Origin: an uncultured Verrucomicrobiae bacterium
GTDB lineage: Bacteria; Verrucomicrobiota; Verrucomicrobiia; Limisphaerales; Palsa-1400
Direction of reading: 5' to 3'
NCBI GenBank assembly: GCA_963702845.1
Contig: OY969763.1
Span: forward strand, 3,776,001 to 3,840,000
DNA: 64,000 bases
Part shown: piece after piece, positions 18,135 through 28,587 of the stretch
Layout: each line of letters starts with the position of its first letter
Position numbering within the stretch: position 1 is the first letter of the stretch
Position numbers and translations under genes: made by a program
The notes under the pieces: generated by a model
Seen by the model: only the letters and a program-made list of their open reading frames with translations
The model's database searches: none
Told to the model about the DNA's origin: nothing

Positions 18135-18201
18135 AAGTGAGCGGCGTGGGTTTTTTAATATACAATGGAGTGGTTGCTGCCCAATAGTTGCCGAGAACCG
18201 T

Positions 18202-18552
18202 ATGTTGAATTGGCTAAAGAAAATCACAGGGCCGAAAGAGAAATGGCTGCGATTGCAGCAAATGCCTGGGACGCCATTCCCTTTTCCTAAAGGCGCAAAG
18301 TTGAGGCCAGAGGAGGAAGTGGTTTTAGCTCTTCCAAAAGCGCTGATCGCAGACAATGAGACGATTGGATCCGTTTTACTATGTGACAATGACGCTGGGT
18401 TCACCATCAACGATGAGGCGGGGGCTTTATACGTCAAACTCAAACCTGGGATGACATTCTCGCTCTCAAAATCGTGCGAAATTATGGTGATAACCGAAGA
18501 TCGTCGCCCGCGCTTTTTCCAATACATGGCACCAGACAAAAGGATTACTTAA
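18202..18552 (+). CDS. Hypothetical protein
   Basis: 116-aa ORF with an ATG start and protein-like composition. No recognisable motif. Confidence 0.6.
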   Translation: MLNWLKKITGPKEKWLRLQQMPGTPFPFPKGAKLRPEEEVVLALPKALIADNETIGSVLLCDNDAGFTINDEAGALYVKLKPGMTFSLSKSCEIMVITEDRRPRFFQYMAPDKRIT

Positions 18553-18813
18553 GCGATTCCCGCTTTGCGGCTTGAAGTTTAACCCATCCGGTTACCTGCG
18601 AATCGAGACGCGCCATGTTCTTTGCGCCGACGTGGCAGATGTCGGACGTGCCCAAAACTGACCAGCTTACGGCGTTGTTCATCCCAGAGCCGAAACGTGA
18701 AGGACTTTAAGCTTCCCCAAAAGGTGACCGGCTTGACGCTTACACGGACCTACACGAACGAGCACGGATTACAAAATGCTGTATCGGCCCATGCACAAGG
18801 ACCTTGTTCCAGT

Positions 18814-19710
18814 TCACTGCGAGGCCTGCTCGGGTTGTGGGTGGACAAGATCGTTGAACAGGTCGCGCAGGTGCGCTGGGATTTGGCCTTGGATGATTTT
18901 CCAGGGGCCACCGGTTGAGAACCAACTGCTACCTGATTTGATGCTCAGGTTGTAGCTTCCGTCAGGGTGGCGGAGCAGTGAGATGGTTTTTGGTTTCGCA
19001 CCAGACTGGCTGAATTGCTGATCGAGCCAAGTTTCGGATGTCTGTAATAGAAGGTCTGCGCGTTGCGCACCAATTTCATCACGCAGGGCTGTCTCGAATT
19101 GTTGCATAAACCGTTTTCCATCCTCGGGCTGCGGCTGCACGCGGATGGTCAATTTTTCGCCCTTTTGTCCGGCGATGCCGGGCAGGTCGTCATCTGTTTT
19201 CTCGGCTTTGGCGGTCTCAATGGCGTGATACTCAGCTAACAGGTTTGTCAGTGTGGCATTAAGCGCAATGGTTTGTTTTTCGTTCAAGGTCAGGACGGCA
19301 GCGACGTCGGCATTTACCGCGCCGTTTTCATTGAAGGCTTGGACGGGGAGCTTGGGCAGGATGTCCTTTCGCAGCCAGACATAGGGTGACCCGTTGATCC
19401 AATTCGGCAATGTGGAAGGTGCCGCAACCCAACGGCTTTCTGGGGCCACTTTACTCAATGCGGCCTCCGCTCTCGCAATGGCGGACCGGGTTTGTTTTCG
19501 ATTCGAGTTCTGAGTCTGCAATTCGCGACGGGCGGATTCCAGTTCGGCGGTCGCGGCGTTGATGCGCTCTTCAAGCTTGAGCCGCTGCGCGTTCGTTTCG
19601 GCCAATGCCGCGTGCGCTTCGGTGAGATGGCGTTGATGCGGAATCCACACTGCCGTTGCCGCAGAGAGGATCAACAGGATCAGAATTATTTTAAACAAGC
19701 GCTTTGACAT
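18814..19710 (-). CDS. Membrane-anchored or exported coiled-coil protein, paralog of the upstream ECF sigma C-terminal domain
   Basis: MSKRLFKIILILLILSAATAVW TM/signal segment followed by a coiled coil. It aligns by eye with the C-terminal half of 19718..21301 and starts 7 nt after that gene's stop. Confidence 0.8.
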   Translation of the reverse strand: MSKRLFKIILILLILSAATAVWIPHQRHLTEAHAALAETNAQRLKLEERINAATAELESARRELQTQNSNRKQTRSAIARAEAALSKVAPESRWVAAPSTLPNWINGSPYVWLRKDILPKLPVQAFNENGAVNADVAAVLTLNEKQTIALNATLTNLLAEYHAIETAKAEKTDDDLPGIAGQKGEKLTIRVQPQPEDGKRFMQQFETALRDEIGAQRADLLLQTSETWLDQQFSQSGAKPKTISLLRHPDGSYNLSIKSGSSWFSTGGPWKIIQGQIPAHLRDLFNDLVHPQPEQASQ

Positions 19711-19717
19711 GGCGGAT

Positions 19718-21301
19718 TCAGTTTTTGGTAGGCTGGCTTCGTGCGAGAGTGATCCAATCCTGAAGATCAGCACGGAACATTTCCGGAATGTCATCCAGTG
19801 GGATCGATGTCCAATAACCTTCGCCATTGTTTTTCCCGACGCTCCAGTCGAGCCAGTCATTGCCGGGCCGTGGTTGGTAAAAGCGCACGCGACGGTCGAA
19901 ATTGAAAACAGCCAATCCGGAATTGAGGCCGTGGTTTTCGTCGTCGGTCGGCATCCATTCGGCAAGTGCGGCTTTGAATTGGTGTGAACGTTCTGGTCCG
20001 AGCGTGTTCTCCAGTTCGCCAAAGAAGGTTGCTCTCAATTCACCGAAGCGGTCCCCAATGGCAGTCATTTCAAATACTCGCGTTTGTGCGGCGTTACGGC
20101 CACTCAGGTCGCTATCGTTGGGGTCAACCCGCCGCATTTTCGAAGCTTGCGCGGCATGGTAGGTGGCCAGAAAACGGTCGATGGAATCTTGCACGCCTTC
20201 GGTTTCTGCGTCGTTGAGTTGCAACACTTCTTTGATCTGTTCGGTCAGATGGCCACGCTGGTTGCTCACGGCGCCAATCGGAAGCTGGGCTAGAAGCTGC
20301 TTTGGCACTCGGGCCACGGGTGAGCTGTCGTCCCAGTGGTAAGCGGCGATCGGAGCGTGACCGTCGAGTCGAGCATTAAGTGCCGCCAGGCGCAGCTCGT
20401 TGGTGGCTGTTTCACCGCGCGAGACGCGCAGAGTTTCGCGCGTGCGGGCGAGGTTTTTTTCGAGGTCGGCTGCCTGCCGATTGGAAGCGACGAGTTGGGT
20501 ATTTAACTGGGCCTGTTCGCGAGTGACACGCGCTTGAGCGTGCGATTGCCAGGCGAGAGGCGTGGCGGCAATTACTGCGCACAGAACTATGGTTTGGGTT
20601 TTTGTGAGGGCCATAAGATTGAAAAGCAGAAGGTTGAGACCGGTGGACGCGCCGCCAGCAGCCAGCCCGGCATTGCTCGCGGATATTGCAAGCCCCGCGG
20701 GTGCTGCTTTTGCAGCGTTAGCAAGGACTGCCGCGCCACCGGCAGCGGTGCCTGTTGTGAAACCTTTGCTGCGGAAGAATGCGTTGAGCCGTTCGAGGGC
20801 GCGCGAAACGCGTTTGCGGGCGGCATCTTCGTTTACGCCCAAGGCAGCACCAACTTCTCGCAGACTGCGGTCCTCCAAAAAACGGAGCATCAGTGCCAGC
20901 CGATCGCCTTCGCGCAGGCTGAGCAGCGCTTCATCGACGAGCGGAATCATGGCGGCAAACGGTGAAGCGCCCTCGCGTTGAAGCTGACCGAGTTCAACGG
21001 CGACTTCCTCGCGACGGCGGCGGCGCAATTCTGAACGGATGCGGGATTTTGATTCGAGAACCGCGGCGCGATGGAGCCAGCCGGCCAGTGTTTCGACCCC
21101 GCCGAGGCGTGGCGCTTTGCAGGCGAGGGCGACAAAAACGTTTTGGGTTATTTCCTCAGCGAGTCCGGTATTACCCACCTGCCGTAACGCAGTGGCGTAG
21201 ACGAGATCGACATGCCGCTGCACGAGAGCGCGGAAGGCGGCTTCCGAGCCATGCGCCGCGTAGGCGCTCACTAATTCGCAGTCAGGCGATGCAGCAGTCA
21301 T
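19718..21301 (-). CDS. ECF RNA polymerase sigma factor with a long C-terminal TM and extracytoplasmic extension
   Basis: Sigma region 2 (AFRALVQRHVDLVY...AEEITQNVF...LAGWL) and region 4 (LMLRFLEDRSLREVGAALGVNEDAARKRVSRALERL), then an Ala/Gly linker, a TM helix and a coiled coil. Confidence 0.92.
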   Translation of the reverse strand: MTAASPDCELVSAYAAHGSEAAFRALVQRHVDLVYATALRQVGNTGLAEEITQNVFVALACKAPRLGGVETLAGWLHRAAVLESKSRIRSELRRRRREEVAVELGQLQREGASPFAAMIPLVDEALLSLREGDRLALMLRFLEDRSLREVGAALGVNEDAARKRVSRALERLNAFFRSKGFTTGTAAGGAAVLANAAKAAPAGLAISASNAGLAAGGASTGLNLLLFNLMALTKTQTIVLCAVIAATPLAWQSHAQARVTREQAQLNTQLVASNRQAADLEKNLARTRETLRVSRGETATNELRLAALNARLDGHAPIAAYHWDDSSPVARVPKQLLAQLPIGAVSNQRGHLTEQIKEVLQLNDAETEGVQDSIDRFLATYHAAQASKMRRVDPNDSDLSGRNAAQTRVFEMTAIGDRFGELRATFFGELENTLGPERSHQFKAALAEWMPTDDENHGLNSGLAVFNFDRRVRFYQPRPGNDWLDWSVGKNNGEGYWTSIPLDDIPEMFRADLQDWITLARSQPTKN

Positions 21302-21427
21302 TTCAATCTATATACTGCCGGAGCCGGCCAAAACCGGACAGTTTAGAAGCACAAAAAACAGCCAAGTCATTAGTGCCGCGTCGTGGAATAGGTCCGATTG
21401 ATTTGATTTGCTGAGAATATCCTCATG

Positions 21428-21454
21428 CGGCGCTCGCGGAGCGAACGCCCTACC
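21428..21454 (-). repeat. GTAG-type REP-like palindrome
   Basis: Minus strand GGTAGGGCGTTCGCTCCGCGAGCGCCG just downstream of the murJ stop. Confidence 0.6.
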
Positions 21455-21456
21455 AC

Positions 21457-23049
21457 TTAGCGGCGGAGCAGCAGATTCGTGATGTCTTGCGCGGACGGGA
21501 CGCGGAGCAGCAACGCGATGGCAAAATAGATGGCGGAGGCCAGGGTCATCGGCACGAAGACTTCGCCGAGTTTGAGCGCGAGATTCTCGTGGCCATAGTG
21601 ACCAGTCCAATATTCGCGCGAATACCAAGCGATGATTGCGGCGATGACGGCGGCAATGAGGATTCTTGGAATGGCGCGGAAAAAATCGGTCAGTTCGAGG
21701 GTTTTGAGTTTTTTGCCGAGGAAACTGCCGAGCAAGGCGACGTTGACTGCGGAGGTGAGTGTATTGGCAAGACCCAAGGAACCGGAGCCGAGCTTGAATT
21801 GAAACAGGAATACCGCGGTGAAGATGAGGTTTATGAGCAGACAGAAGATGCTGATGCGCATCGGCGTTTTGATGTCGCCCATCGCGTAAAAGGCGCGGGC
21901 GAGAATGTTGACGCACGAAAACGCGACCAGTCCTGGGACGAGGCACACGACGGCGAAGCTGACGTTGGCGGTTGAATGGGCGGTGAATTTTCCGTGCTGG
22001 AACAGTAATCGCACAATGGGTTCGGCGAGAATGAACAATAAAATGGACGCAAGCAGGTTGACGAAAAAAACGTGCGCCAATCCCTGGCGAAGCATGGAGC
22101 GAAAGCCGCCGTAGTTTTTTTCGGCAGCCAATCCTGACAAGGTCGGCAACAGGAATGTGGCGAGCGAAATGCCGAAGACGCCTTGTGGCACTTCCATGAG
22201 GCGGGTCGCGTAGTTGAATTCGGCGTTGATCGATTTGTCCACGCCGAACGCGAGGATTTGCGTGAGCATGACGTTGATCTGGAAGGCCGCAACTCCGACG
22301 GAAGCGGGGATCATTTGGATGACAACTTTATGCACTGTTGCGTCGCGCCACGGAGCAATCCAGCGATAGCGAAAGCCTTCGCGGCGCAGGCTGGGCAGTT
22401 GGAAGCAGGCTTGGGCGACTCCTGCGGCGAGGACGCCGTATGCGAGAACGAAAATTCGTGTACGCAGTTGTTCGTCCGACAATTCAGATACGTGTCCGTG
22501 ATGGAAAAGCAGGTTGCGGTTCGCGATAAAAACGGACGCGATCATGACGATGTTGAGGCTGGCTGCGCCTAAAGTCGGGATGAAAAAGTAGCCACGGGCA
22601 TTGAGGATGCCCATCATGACGGCGGCGAGACAGGCCAGGATCATGTAGGGAAACATCAGCCGCAAAAGGCCTAACATGAGTTGTGTATCTGGCGAGAATC
22701 GGTCCCGAAAAAAGAACAGGATCAGGGTCACAACGAGGACGGCGATTACGCAAATGATAGTCGATGCAACGATCAAACCGGAGAGGACGGCGTTGCCCGC
22801 GCGCCACATTTCGGTTTCGCCTTCGTTTTTTTCTTTGGCTTTGAAAATGGGGATGAATGAAGCGCTGAGTATGCCTTCGCCGAGTAAACGGCGGAACAGG
22901 TTCGGGATGGTAAAGGCGAGGACGAATGCGCTCGCGACGGCGCTGGTGCCCATGAACCAACCGTAAACTTGTTCGCGAACGAGGCCGAGAAGGCGGCTGG
23001 TCAAAGTAGCAGCGCCCATGGCTCCCGACGATTTCAACATCTGCGACAT
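21457..23049 (-). CDS. murJ: Lipid II flippase MurJ (MviN)
   Basis: SRLLGLVRE, AFTIPNLFRRLLGEG, SFIPIF, YATRLMEVPQGVFG and AFYAMGDIKTP motifs. Confidence 0.95.
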   Translation of the reverse strand: MSQMLKSSGAMGAATLTSRLLGLVREQVYGWFMGTSAVASAFVLAFTIPNLFRRLLGEGILSASFIPIFKAKEKNEGETEMWRAGNAVLSGLIVASTIICVIAVLVVTLILFFFRDRFSPDTQLMLGLLRLMFPYMILACLAAVMMGILNARGYFFIPTLGAASLNIVMIASVFIANRNLLFHHGHVSELSDEQLRTRIFVLAYGVLAAGVAQACFQLPSLRREGFRYRWIAPWRDATVHKVVIQMIPASVGVAAFQINVMLTQILAFGVDKSINAEFNYATRLMEVPQGVFGISLATFLLPTLSGLAAEKNYGGFRSMLRQGLAHVFFVNLLASILLFILAEPIVRLLFQHGKFTAHSTANVSFAVVCLVPGLVAFSCVNILARAFYAMGDIKTPMRISIFCLLINLIFTAVFLFQFKLGSGSLGLANTLTSAVNVALLGSFLGKKLKTLELTDFFRAIPRILIAAVIAAIIAWYSREYWTGHYGHENLALKLGEVFVPMTLASAIYFAIALLLRVPSAQDITNLLLRR

Positions 23050-23162
23050 CCTCGGCGAGGAATCTAAAGAGACGGATAGAAAGGCCAAGGAAATTAAATT
23101 CGAAGCACGAAACGGAACGTTCAACGCGCAAACGAAACTCGAAACAAATTCGAATGTTAGTT

Positions 23163-23189
23163 TGGGACGACGTGGAAGTCGTCCCTACC
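23163..23189 (-). repeat. GTAG-type REP-like palindrome
   Basis: Minus strand GGTAGGGACGAC-TTCCAC-GTCGTCCC, with a perfect 8-bp stem, just after a stop codon. Confidence 0.7.
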
Positions 23190-23194
23190 AAGCT

Positions 23195-25769
23195 CTAGAA
23201 CTTCTTTAGTTCGGTTTGCGTCCAGGCGTCTTGGCGGCTTGCAGTTGTGTCTCGGAGGGATTTAACGCTGCTCGCGGTAATTGGGGCGGCGGCGTTGTCC
23301 CATTCGCGGCGGATGTAGGTGAGGATGGCGGCGAGTTGGTCGTCGTTGAAGGCGCGCATGCTGGGCATGTCCAGCCTGAAGGAACGTCCGTCCACTTCGA
23401 TGGGGCCGCGCAGGCCGTTCAAGACGATTCGGATGAGACGTTTTTCAGTTCCCAGCACCCACTCAGAATCGGCAAGCGGAGGCGCCAAGCCTTCCATGCC
23501 TCGACCGTGAAGTTGATGACAAGCGGCGCATGTGCCGGCGAACAAGGTTTTGCCTGACGCGAATCGCGCCTGCTCTTCTGCGGTCAGCGGCGTAGGTTCG
23601 GGTTCAGGTGTGTAGCCGGGTTTGCCGGGCCAAACGATGACTGATTCCAATTTGGTCAGGGACTTAAGTGAATTCTTAGGAAGCGCTGATTTCAATTTGG
23701 CAAGCGTCACAGGTTTGGTTTTGAACTTTATGGGTTTGCGGGAAAGTGTTCGCGCCGGAGAGATCGAACCGGCCAACAAGGCGGTCTGACTGGCACTTTG
23801 TTGCACGGCTGTTAATTGGAGAAGGCGGTCGATGGCGTCTGCACGGCGCTCCAACATGATGCAGGAGGCCAGGCTGGATAGGAATTCCGCGTGCGCTTTG
23901 TCCGGATTTTCCCATGCTGGTTTTTGCAGGAGTCGTTCCAACAATTGCAGTTCGCGGCCGGACAATCCGCTCACGATTGCATCGGGAAGGAATTTGTTGG
24001 AAGGATTTGAATCCAACAAAGATGCCATGAGGTCATCCGTACCGTTGTCGCTCACCTGTCCTAAGGTTAACGCCAATTGTAATTGCACCGTCGGATCGGG
24101 ATCGCCGCTCATTTTCTCGAAGGCTTCGATCGCGGCTACTTTGTCCTCGGATCGGAGCAGGCCTTCGCCGACGTGGATGGCCGCCACTCGGACTGAGGCG
24201 TTCGGTACTCGCAAGGGCCGCGCGAACGGCCTCCATGGTCACTTCGTCCAGACCGTGCAAAGTCCACAAGGCGTGGAGTTGGCCCAGCGGGCTTGGGCCT
24301 TTTGAAGCGAGATTGTTTAGCGCAGTTATCGCGGCGTCGTCGCGATGTTCCACGAGAAGTCGTTGGGCGGTTTCGCGCCACCATGCATTGCCATCGGAAA
24401 GGTGCTCCACCCATTGGCTCGGCGTTTCCGCCGCGAAGTTCGCTTTCTTTGGCGCATAAGGATGATCTGGAACGACGCGATAGATACGGCCGAGATGCGT
24501 CGGCAATACCAACCCGCGTTCTTCGCTTTGTTTGCGCAAATAGGTCGTGACTGAGATGCGATGCTGCAAGACGCCACGATAGAAATCGACGATGTAAAGG
24601 CCGCCATCGGGCCCCTGGCAAAAACTCACGGGACGAAAACGCTCGTCAATGGAAGCGAGGAATTCCTGTTGGTCGTAGGCGTTAGTGGCGACGATGGTGC
24701 CGTTGGTTTCGACGAGAATATTGCGTCTGACGAGATTACCGGCTGGTTCAGCAACAAAAGCGTTTCCATAAAAATCTGCCGGGAATCGGTCGCTACGGAA
24801 AATGAAAGGCGAACAGGCGGCGGTGAATTCTTTCAAACGTCCGTTGCGCAACATTTCTGGACGATAGCCTCGATTGATACCGGGATTGACGCGCGCCGGC
24901 CAAACGAATTGGTCTTTCGGCAATTTGACGTTAATTCCTGCGGGCTGCTGAAAGGCTGGATTGCGACCGAGATAATAATCTGGAATCAAATCGGCTCGGA
25001 GTTGGTCACTATTGGAATTGTAAAACAATCTGCCATCGTCGTCCTGGCTCAATCCAAATTGGCCGCGGAAAATCGTTCCGAGCCGTTCCCATTTTCCGCT
25101 ATGAAAGCGAAATTTTGCGGTATAGGACGAGCCACAGATCCAGTTGTCGCGACCCCAAAGCAAACTATTGGGGGCTCGTTCAGGATTGGCTAACCCTGGA
25201 TTGCGTGGATCAACTTGCACGCCGAAATCGCCTGCGACTTCGACTTTTTCGTCGCAGACGTCATCGCCGTTTGTGTCGCGGCAGAACCACAGTTTGGGTG
25301 GCGCTCCAATTAACACGCCGTCGCGAACAAACATGAGTGCGCGTGGAAGGATCAAGCCGTCGAGGAAAGTTTTCCGCGTATCCATAACTCCATCGCCATT
25401 GGTATCGGTCAAAATGGACACGCGCCCGATTGGTGCGTCTTCTCCCTGACCGTCCATATTCGGCATGTAGCCGCGCATTTCAACAACCCAAAGCCGGCCT
25501 TGTGGATCGAATTGCGCAACCACGGGATCTTCAACAAGAGGATCTGCTGCGGCGACTTCGATCCGGTATCCTTTCGCCAATTTGAAAGTGTGAAGCGCTT
25601 CAGCCGGGGTTAGTGCGGGCGACGGAGGAATCTGGTCGCGTGGAACAATCAGCTTTTGGACTTCGCCGTGCTTGTCGGCCTTGTCGCCGATCTGAGCGCA
25701 AGCGCTCCAGCACGAAAGCGCGAAGACAACCGAAATAGTCCAAATGGATCGGATCAAGGGAAATAACAT
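23195..25769 (-). CDS. PVC-type membrane-bound dehydrogenase-like beta-propeller/HEAT/cytochrome c protein; one frameshift near 24200
   Basis: N-terminal part (ORF 24033..25808) has FDPQGRLWVVEMRGYM, DTNGDG, RFRPV...GPDGGLYIVDFYRG and WWRETAQRLL. C-terminal part (ORF 23195..24214) has the CAACH heme site and a distal MP. Confidence 0.85.
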
Positions 25770-25890
25770 GGCCGATGAACAGACCGGTCTGAGTTGCAAA
25801 ATATTCAACGTGAATGTGGTTTGGTGTCGGTTGTTGTCGAGGTAAATTTGACGCTTGATCGCACGTTGGAGGTTACAGAAAAGAAGTTAG

Positions 25891-25913
25891 AGCCTCCTGA
25901 CGTCGGCTGCTAT
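25891..25913 (-). repeat. REP-like element
   Basis: Minus strand ATAGCAGCCGACGTCAGGAGGCT immediately after the bioA stop, with an AGCC...GGCT stem. Confidence 0.5.
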
Positions 25914-25916
25914 GAG

Positions 25917-27293
25917 TTATAGAGTGTCGCGGATGGAGGCGCGCAACGTTGCGATCAATGTTTCGACCTGCTCGGCGGTTGTGCAGTACGGGGGCATGAT
26001 GACGATGACGTTGCCGATTGGGCGTGTCAGCACGCCGCGCTTGGCCATCGCTTCGCAGACGCGGATTCCGGCGCGCTCGCGCAAATCGTAAGGTTTACGG
26101 GTGTTCCAATTGCGAACGAGTTCGATGCCGGCGACGAGTCCAACCTGGCGGATGTCCCCGACTTGAGGCACATCCCATATTGTCTGCAAACCCGTACGTA
26201 AGTTTTTTTCCAGATCTGAGCGCTGCTTCCCGGAACGCGGAGATTGCAGTAACTCCAAACTCTCTAATGCTGCGGCCGCGCCGAGCTGGTTTGCGGTGTA
26301 GCTGTGGCCATGGAAAAAGGTTTTGAACTCTTCGTATTCGCCGAGGAACGCGTCGAATACTTTTTGCGTCGTTAAGGTTGCGGCCATCGGCATGTAGCCG
26401 CCGGTCAGACCTTTGGCCAAGGCCATAAAGTCCGGCTGCACATTTTGATTCTGACAGGCGAACAGGCCCCGCCCACCGGTTCGGCCGAAGCCGGTCATGA
26501 CTTCGTCGGCAATCAATTGCGCGCCGTGGCTTCTTGCAATTTTCGTCGCGCGTGAAAGCCAACCTTTCGGTTGGGCAATCATGCCCGCAGCGCCTTGCAT
26601 TAAGGGCTCGAATGCGAAAGCTGCATACTGGCTTCCTTTCTTTTTTTGCGTGACGAAATTTTTGTCGAGAGTTTCCAGACATTCCCAATTGCATTTGCGG
26701 CATTCGCGCGCGTCGATGCGTTCGGCTTTCGCTTTGTTGTGGGGACAACGATAGCAATACGGCGCAGGCGTTTTGTCGACTTTGAACAATAACGGTTGGT
26801 AAGCTTTATGAAACAGGTCGATGTGCCCAAGGCTGACCGCACCGATGGTGTCGCCGTGATAGGCATTATCGAGGGAAAGGAATTTCGGATTTTTAGTCCC
26901 GTTGCGACGCGAATATTGAAACGAAAGTTTTAACGCCACCTCCATCGCTGTCGAGCCGTCGTCTGAATAAAATACTTTATTCAGTTTTGGCCCCGCCTCT
27001 TTGACGAGTTGTTCGCCGAGAATCGAAGCGGGCTCGTTGGCAAAGCCCAGCGCGGATGAATGAGCGATTTTCTTGAGCTGCTTGTTTATCGCGGCATTAA
27101 TCGACGGATGAGCGTGGCCGTGAAGGTTCGTCCAAATGGACGAATTGCCGTCGAGGTAGCGTTTGCCGTTCGCATCGAATAAATATGTGCCTCGTCCACG
27201 AACGATAGTGATGGGCTCGCGTTTGAGCCAATCGCGCATTTGTGTGAACGGGTGCCAAAGATATTTGTGATCGAGGCGGGCGAGCTTATTCAC
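25917..27293 (-). CDS. bioA: Adenosylmethionine-8-amino-7-oxononanoate aminotransferase
   Basis: LWHPFTQM, YSDDGSTAMEVALK, YHGDT, LIADEVMTGFGRTG, AKGLTGG, FFHGHSYT and RPIGNV motifs. Confidence 0.95.
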   Translation of the reverse strand: MNKLARLDHKYLWHPFTQMRDWLKREPITIVRGRGTYLFDANGKRYLDGNSSIWTNLHGHAHPSINAAINKQLKKIAHSSALGFANEPASILGEQLVKEAGPKLNKVFYSDDGSTAMEVALKLSFQYSRRNGTKNPKFLSLDNAYHGDTIGAVSLGHIDLFHKAYQPLLFKVDKTPAPYCYRCPHNKAKAERIDARECRKCNWECLETLDKNFVTQKKKGSQYAAFAFEPLMQGAAGMIAQPKGWLSRATKIARSHGAQLIADEVMTGFGRTGGRGLFACQNQNVQPDFMALAKGLTGGYMPMAATLTTQKVFDAFLGEYEEFKTFFHGHSYTANQLGAAAALESLELLQSPRSGKQRSDLEKNLRTGLQTIWDVPQVGDIRQVGLVAGIELVRNWNTRKPYDLRERAGIRVCEAMAKRGVLTRPIGNVIVIMPPYCTTAEQVETLIATLRASIRDTL

Positions 27294-27297
27294 GGGC

Positions 27298-28509
27298 TTA
27301 AATCGAATTAAGCGCTTCGACAAGTTGCGCAACCTGCTCGGCGGAATGCGCCGCGCTCAACGTGATGCGCAAACGAGCCTGGCCGCGCGCAACAGTCGGA
27401 TAGCGCACAGCGGGAACAAACATGCCGTTTTTGCGCAATTTTTGTGCAACATCCATCGCCTTGGCTTCGTCACCGATCATAAACGGGATGATCGCGCCAC
27501 GCGTTGGAGGCGCAACCGTCACGTCATGGTTTTTTTTGCGCGATTCGCAGAACTGATCAATCCGTTGCCAAAGATTTTTGCGCAAATTGATGCCACGTTC
27601 GCTTTGCAAAATATCCAATGCGGCGCTGGCTGCAGCAGCGGCGGCCGGAACTGGCGCGGTGGAGAAAATAAAACTGCGCCCACGATTTATGAGGTAATCG
27701 ACCAACGCACGTGAACCGCAAATGTAACCACCGGCCGATCCGAGTGACTTGCCCAAGGTTCCCATCTGCACTTCGATTTTATCAGCGACGGCATATTCTT
27801 CGGCGAGGCCGCGTCCGGTTGCGCCATAAACGCCAGTGCCGTGCGCCTCGTCCAACATCAGCCACGCGCCGAAGCTTTCTTTCAAGGACACCAACTCGCG
27901 CAGGGGCGTCCGGTCGCCGTCCATGGAGAAAATGCTTTCGGTGACGATCAATGTGCGCGGCTCTCGGTCGGTTTCCACCAGCGACGCGTGTTCGTGTCGT
28001 TTATCGGCCCAAGCGAGAATTTTTGCCAAGCCGTCGAAATCGTTGTGGCCGAACACGCGGAGTTTTGCACCGGATAACCGCGCGGCATCGACAATCGAGG
28101 CATGGACCAATTTGTCGACGACGATAACATCGTTGCTGTCCAGCAACGCGCAAATGGTGCCGACAGCCGCAGCGTAGCCGGACGAGAACACAAGCGCTGC
28201 TTCCGTGTTTTTGAACGCGGCGAGTTTTTGCTCAAGCACGTGATGCGGGGCCAGCGAACCGGAAATCAAGCGCGACGAACCCGAGCCGGCGCCGAATTTT
28301 TCCACGGCTTCGATCGAGGCTTTTTTCAAAGCCGGATCGTTGGCAAGGCCCAGGTAGTCGTTCGACGAGAAGTTCAGGTAAGACTTGCCGTCGATTTGGA
28401 TTTTGGCCGCTTGCGGCGAATCGACCTGGAGCAATTGCCGGTAAAGGCTCTGCCCTTTCAATGTGTCGATTCGTCTTATTAGCTCCTCGTTGAACGATTT
28501 CACTGCCAT
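27298..28509 (-). CDS. bioF: 8-amino-7-oxononanoate synthase
   Basis: NFSSNDYLGLA, HASIVDA, TESIFSMDGD, DEAHGTG, GTLGKSLG and VRYPTV motifs. The ORF-track N-terminal extension is antisense to the next gene, so the start was set at 28509. Confidence 0.94.
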   Translation of the reverse strand: MAVKSFNEELIRRIDTLKGQSLYRQLLQVDSPQAAKIQIDGKSYLNFSSNDYLGLANDPALKKASIEAVEKFGAGSGSSRLISGSLAPHHVLEQKLAAFKNTEAALVFSSGYAAAVGTICALLDSNDVIVVDKLVHASIVDAARLSGAKLRVFGHNDFDGLAKILAWADKRHEHASLVETDREPRTLIVTESIFSMDGDRTPLRELVSLKESFGAWLMLDEAHGTGVYGATGRGLAEEYAVADKIEVQMGTLGKSLGSAGGYICGSRALVDYLINRGRSFIFSTAPVPAAAAAASAALDILQSERGINLRKNLWQRIDQFCESRKKNHDVTVAPPTRGAIIPFMIGDEAKAMDVAQKLRKNGMFVPAVRYPTVARGQARLRITLSAAHSAEQVAQLVEALNSI

Positions 28510-28587
28510 AGGAATGACATGCTCAGCGCTTTGCGTCCAGCGCGATTGGAATTGACGGAAAGTCTGGTCGCTGCGTTCATGTTCTAT

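Noticed and set aside
19711..20022. N-terminal extension of ORF 18814..20022
   Set aside because: It overlaps the sigma gene in another frame; the ATG at 19710 before the TM segment is the better start.
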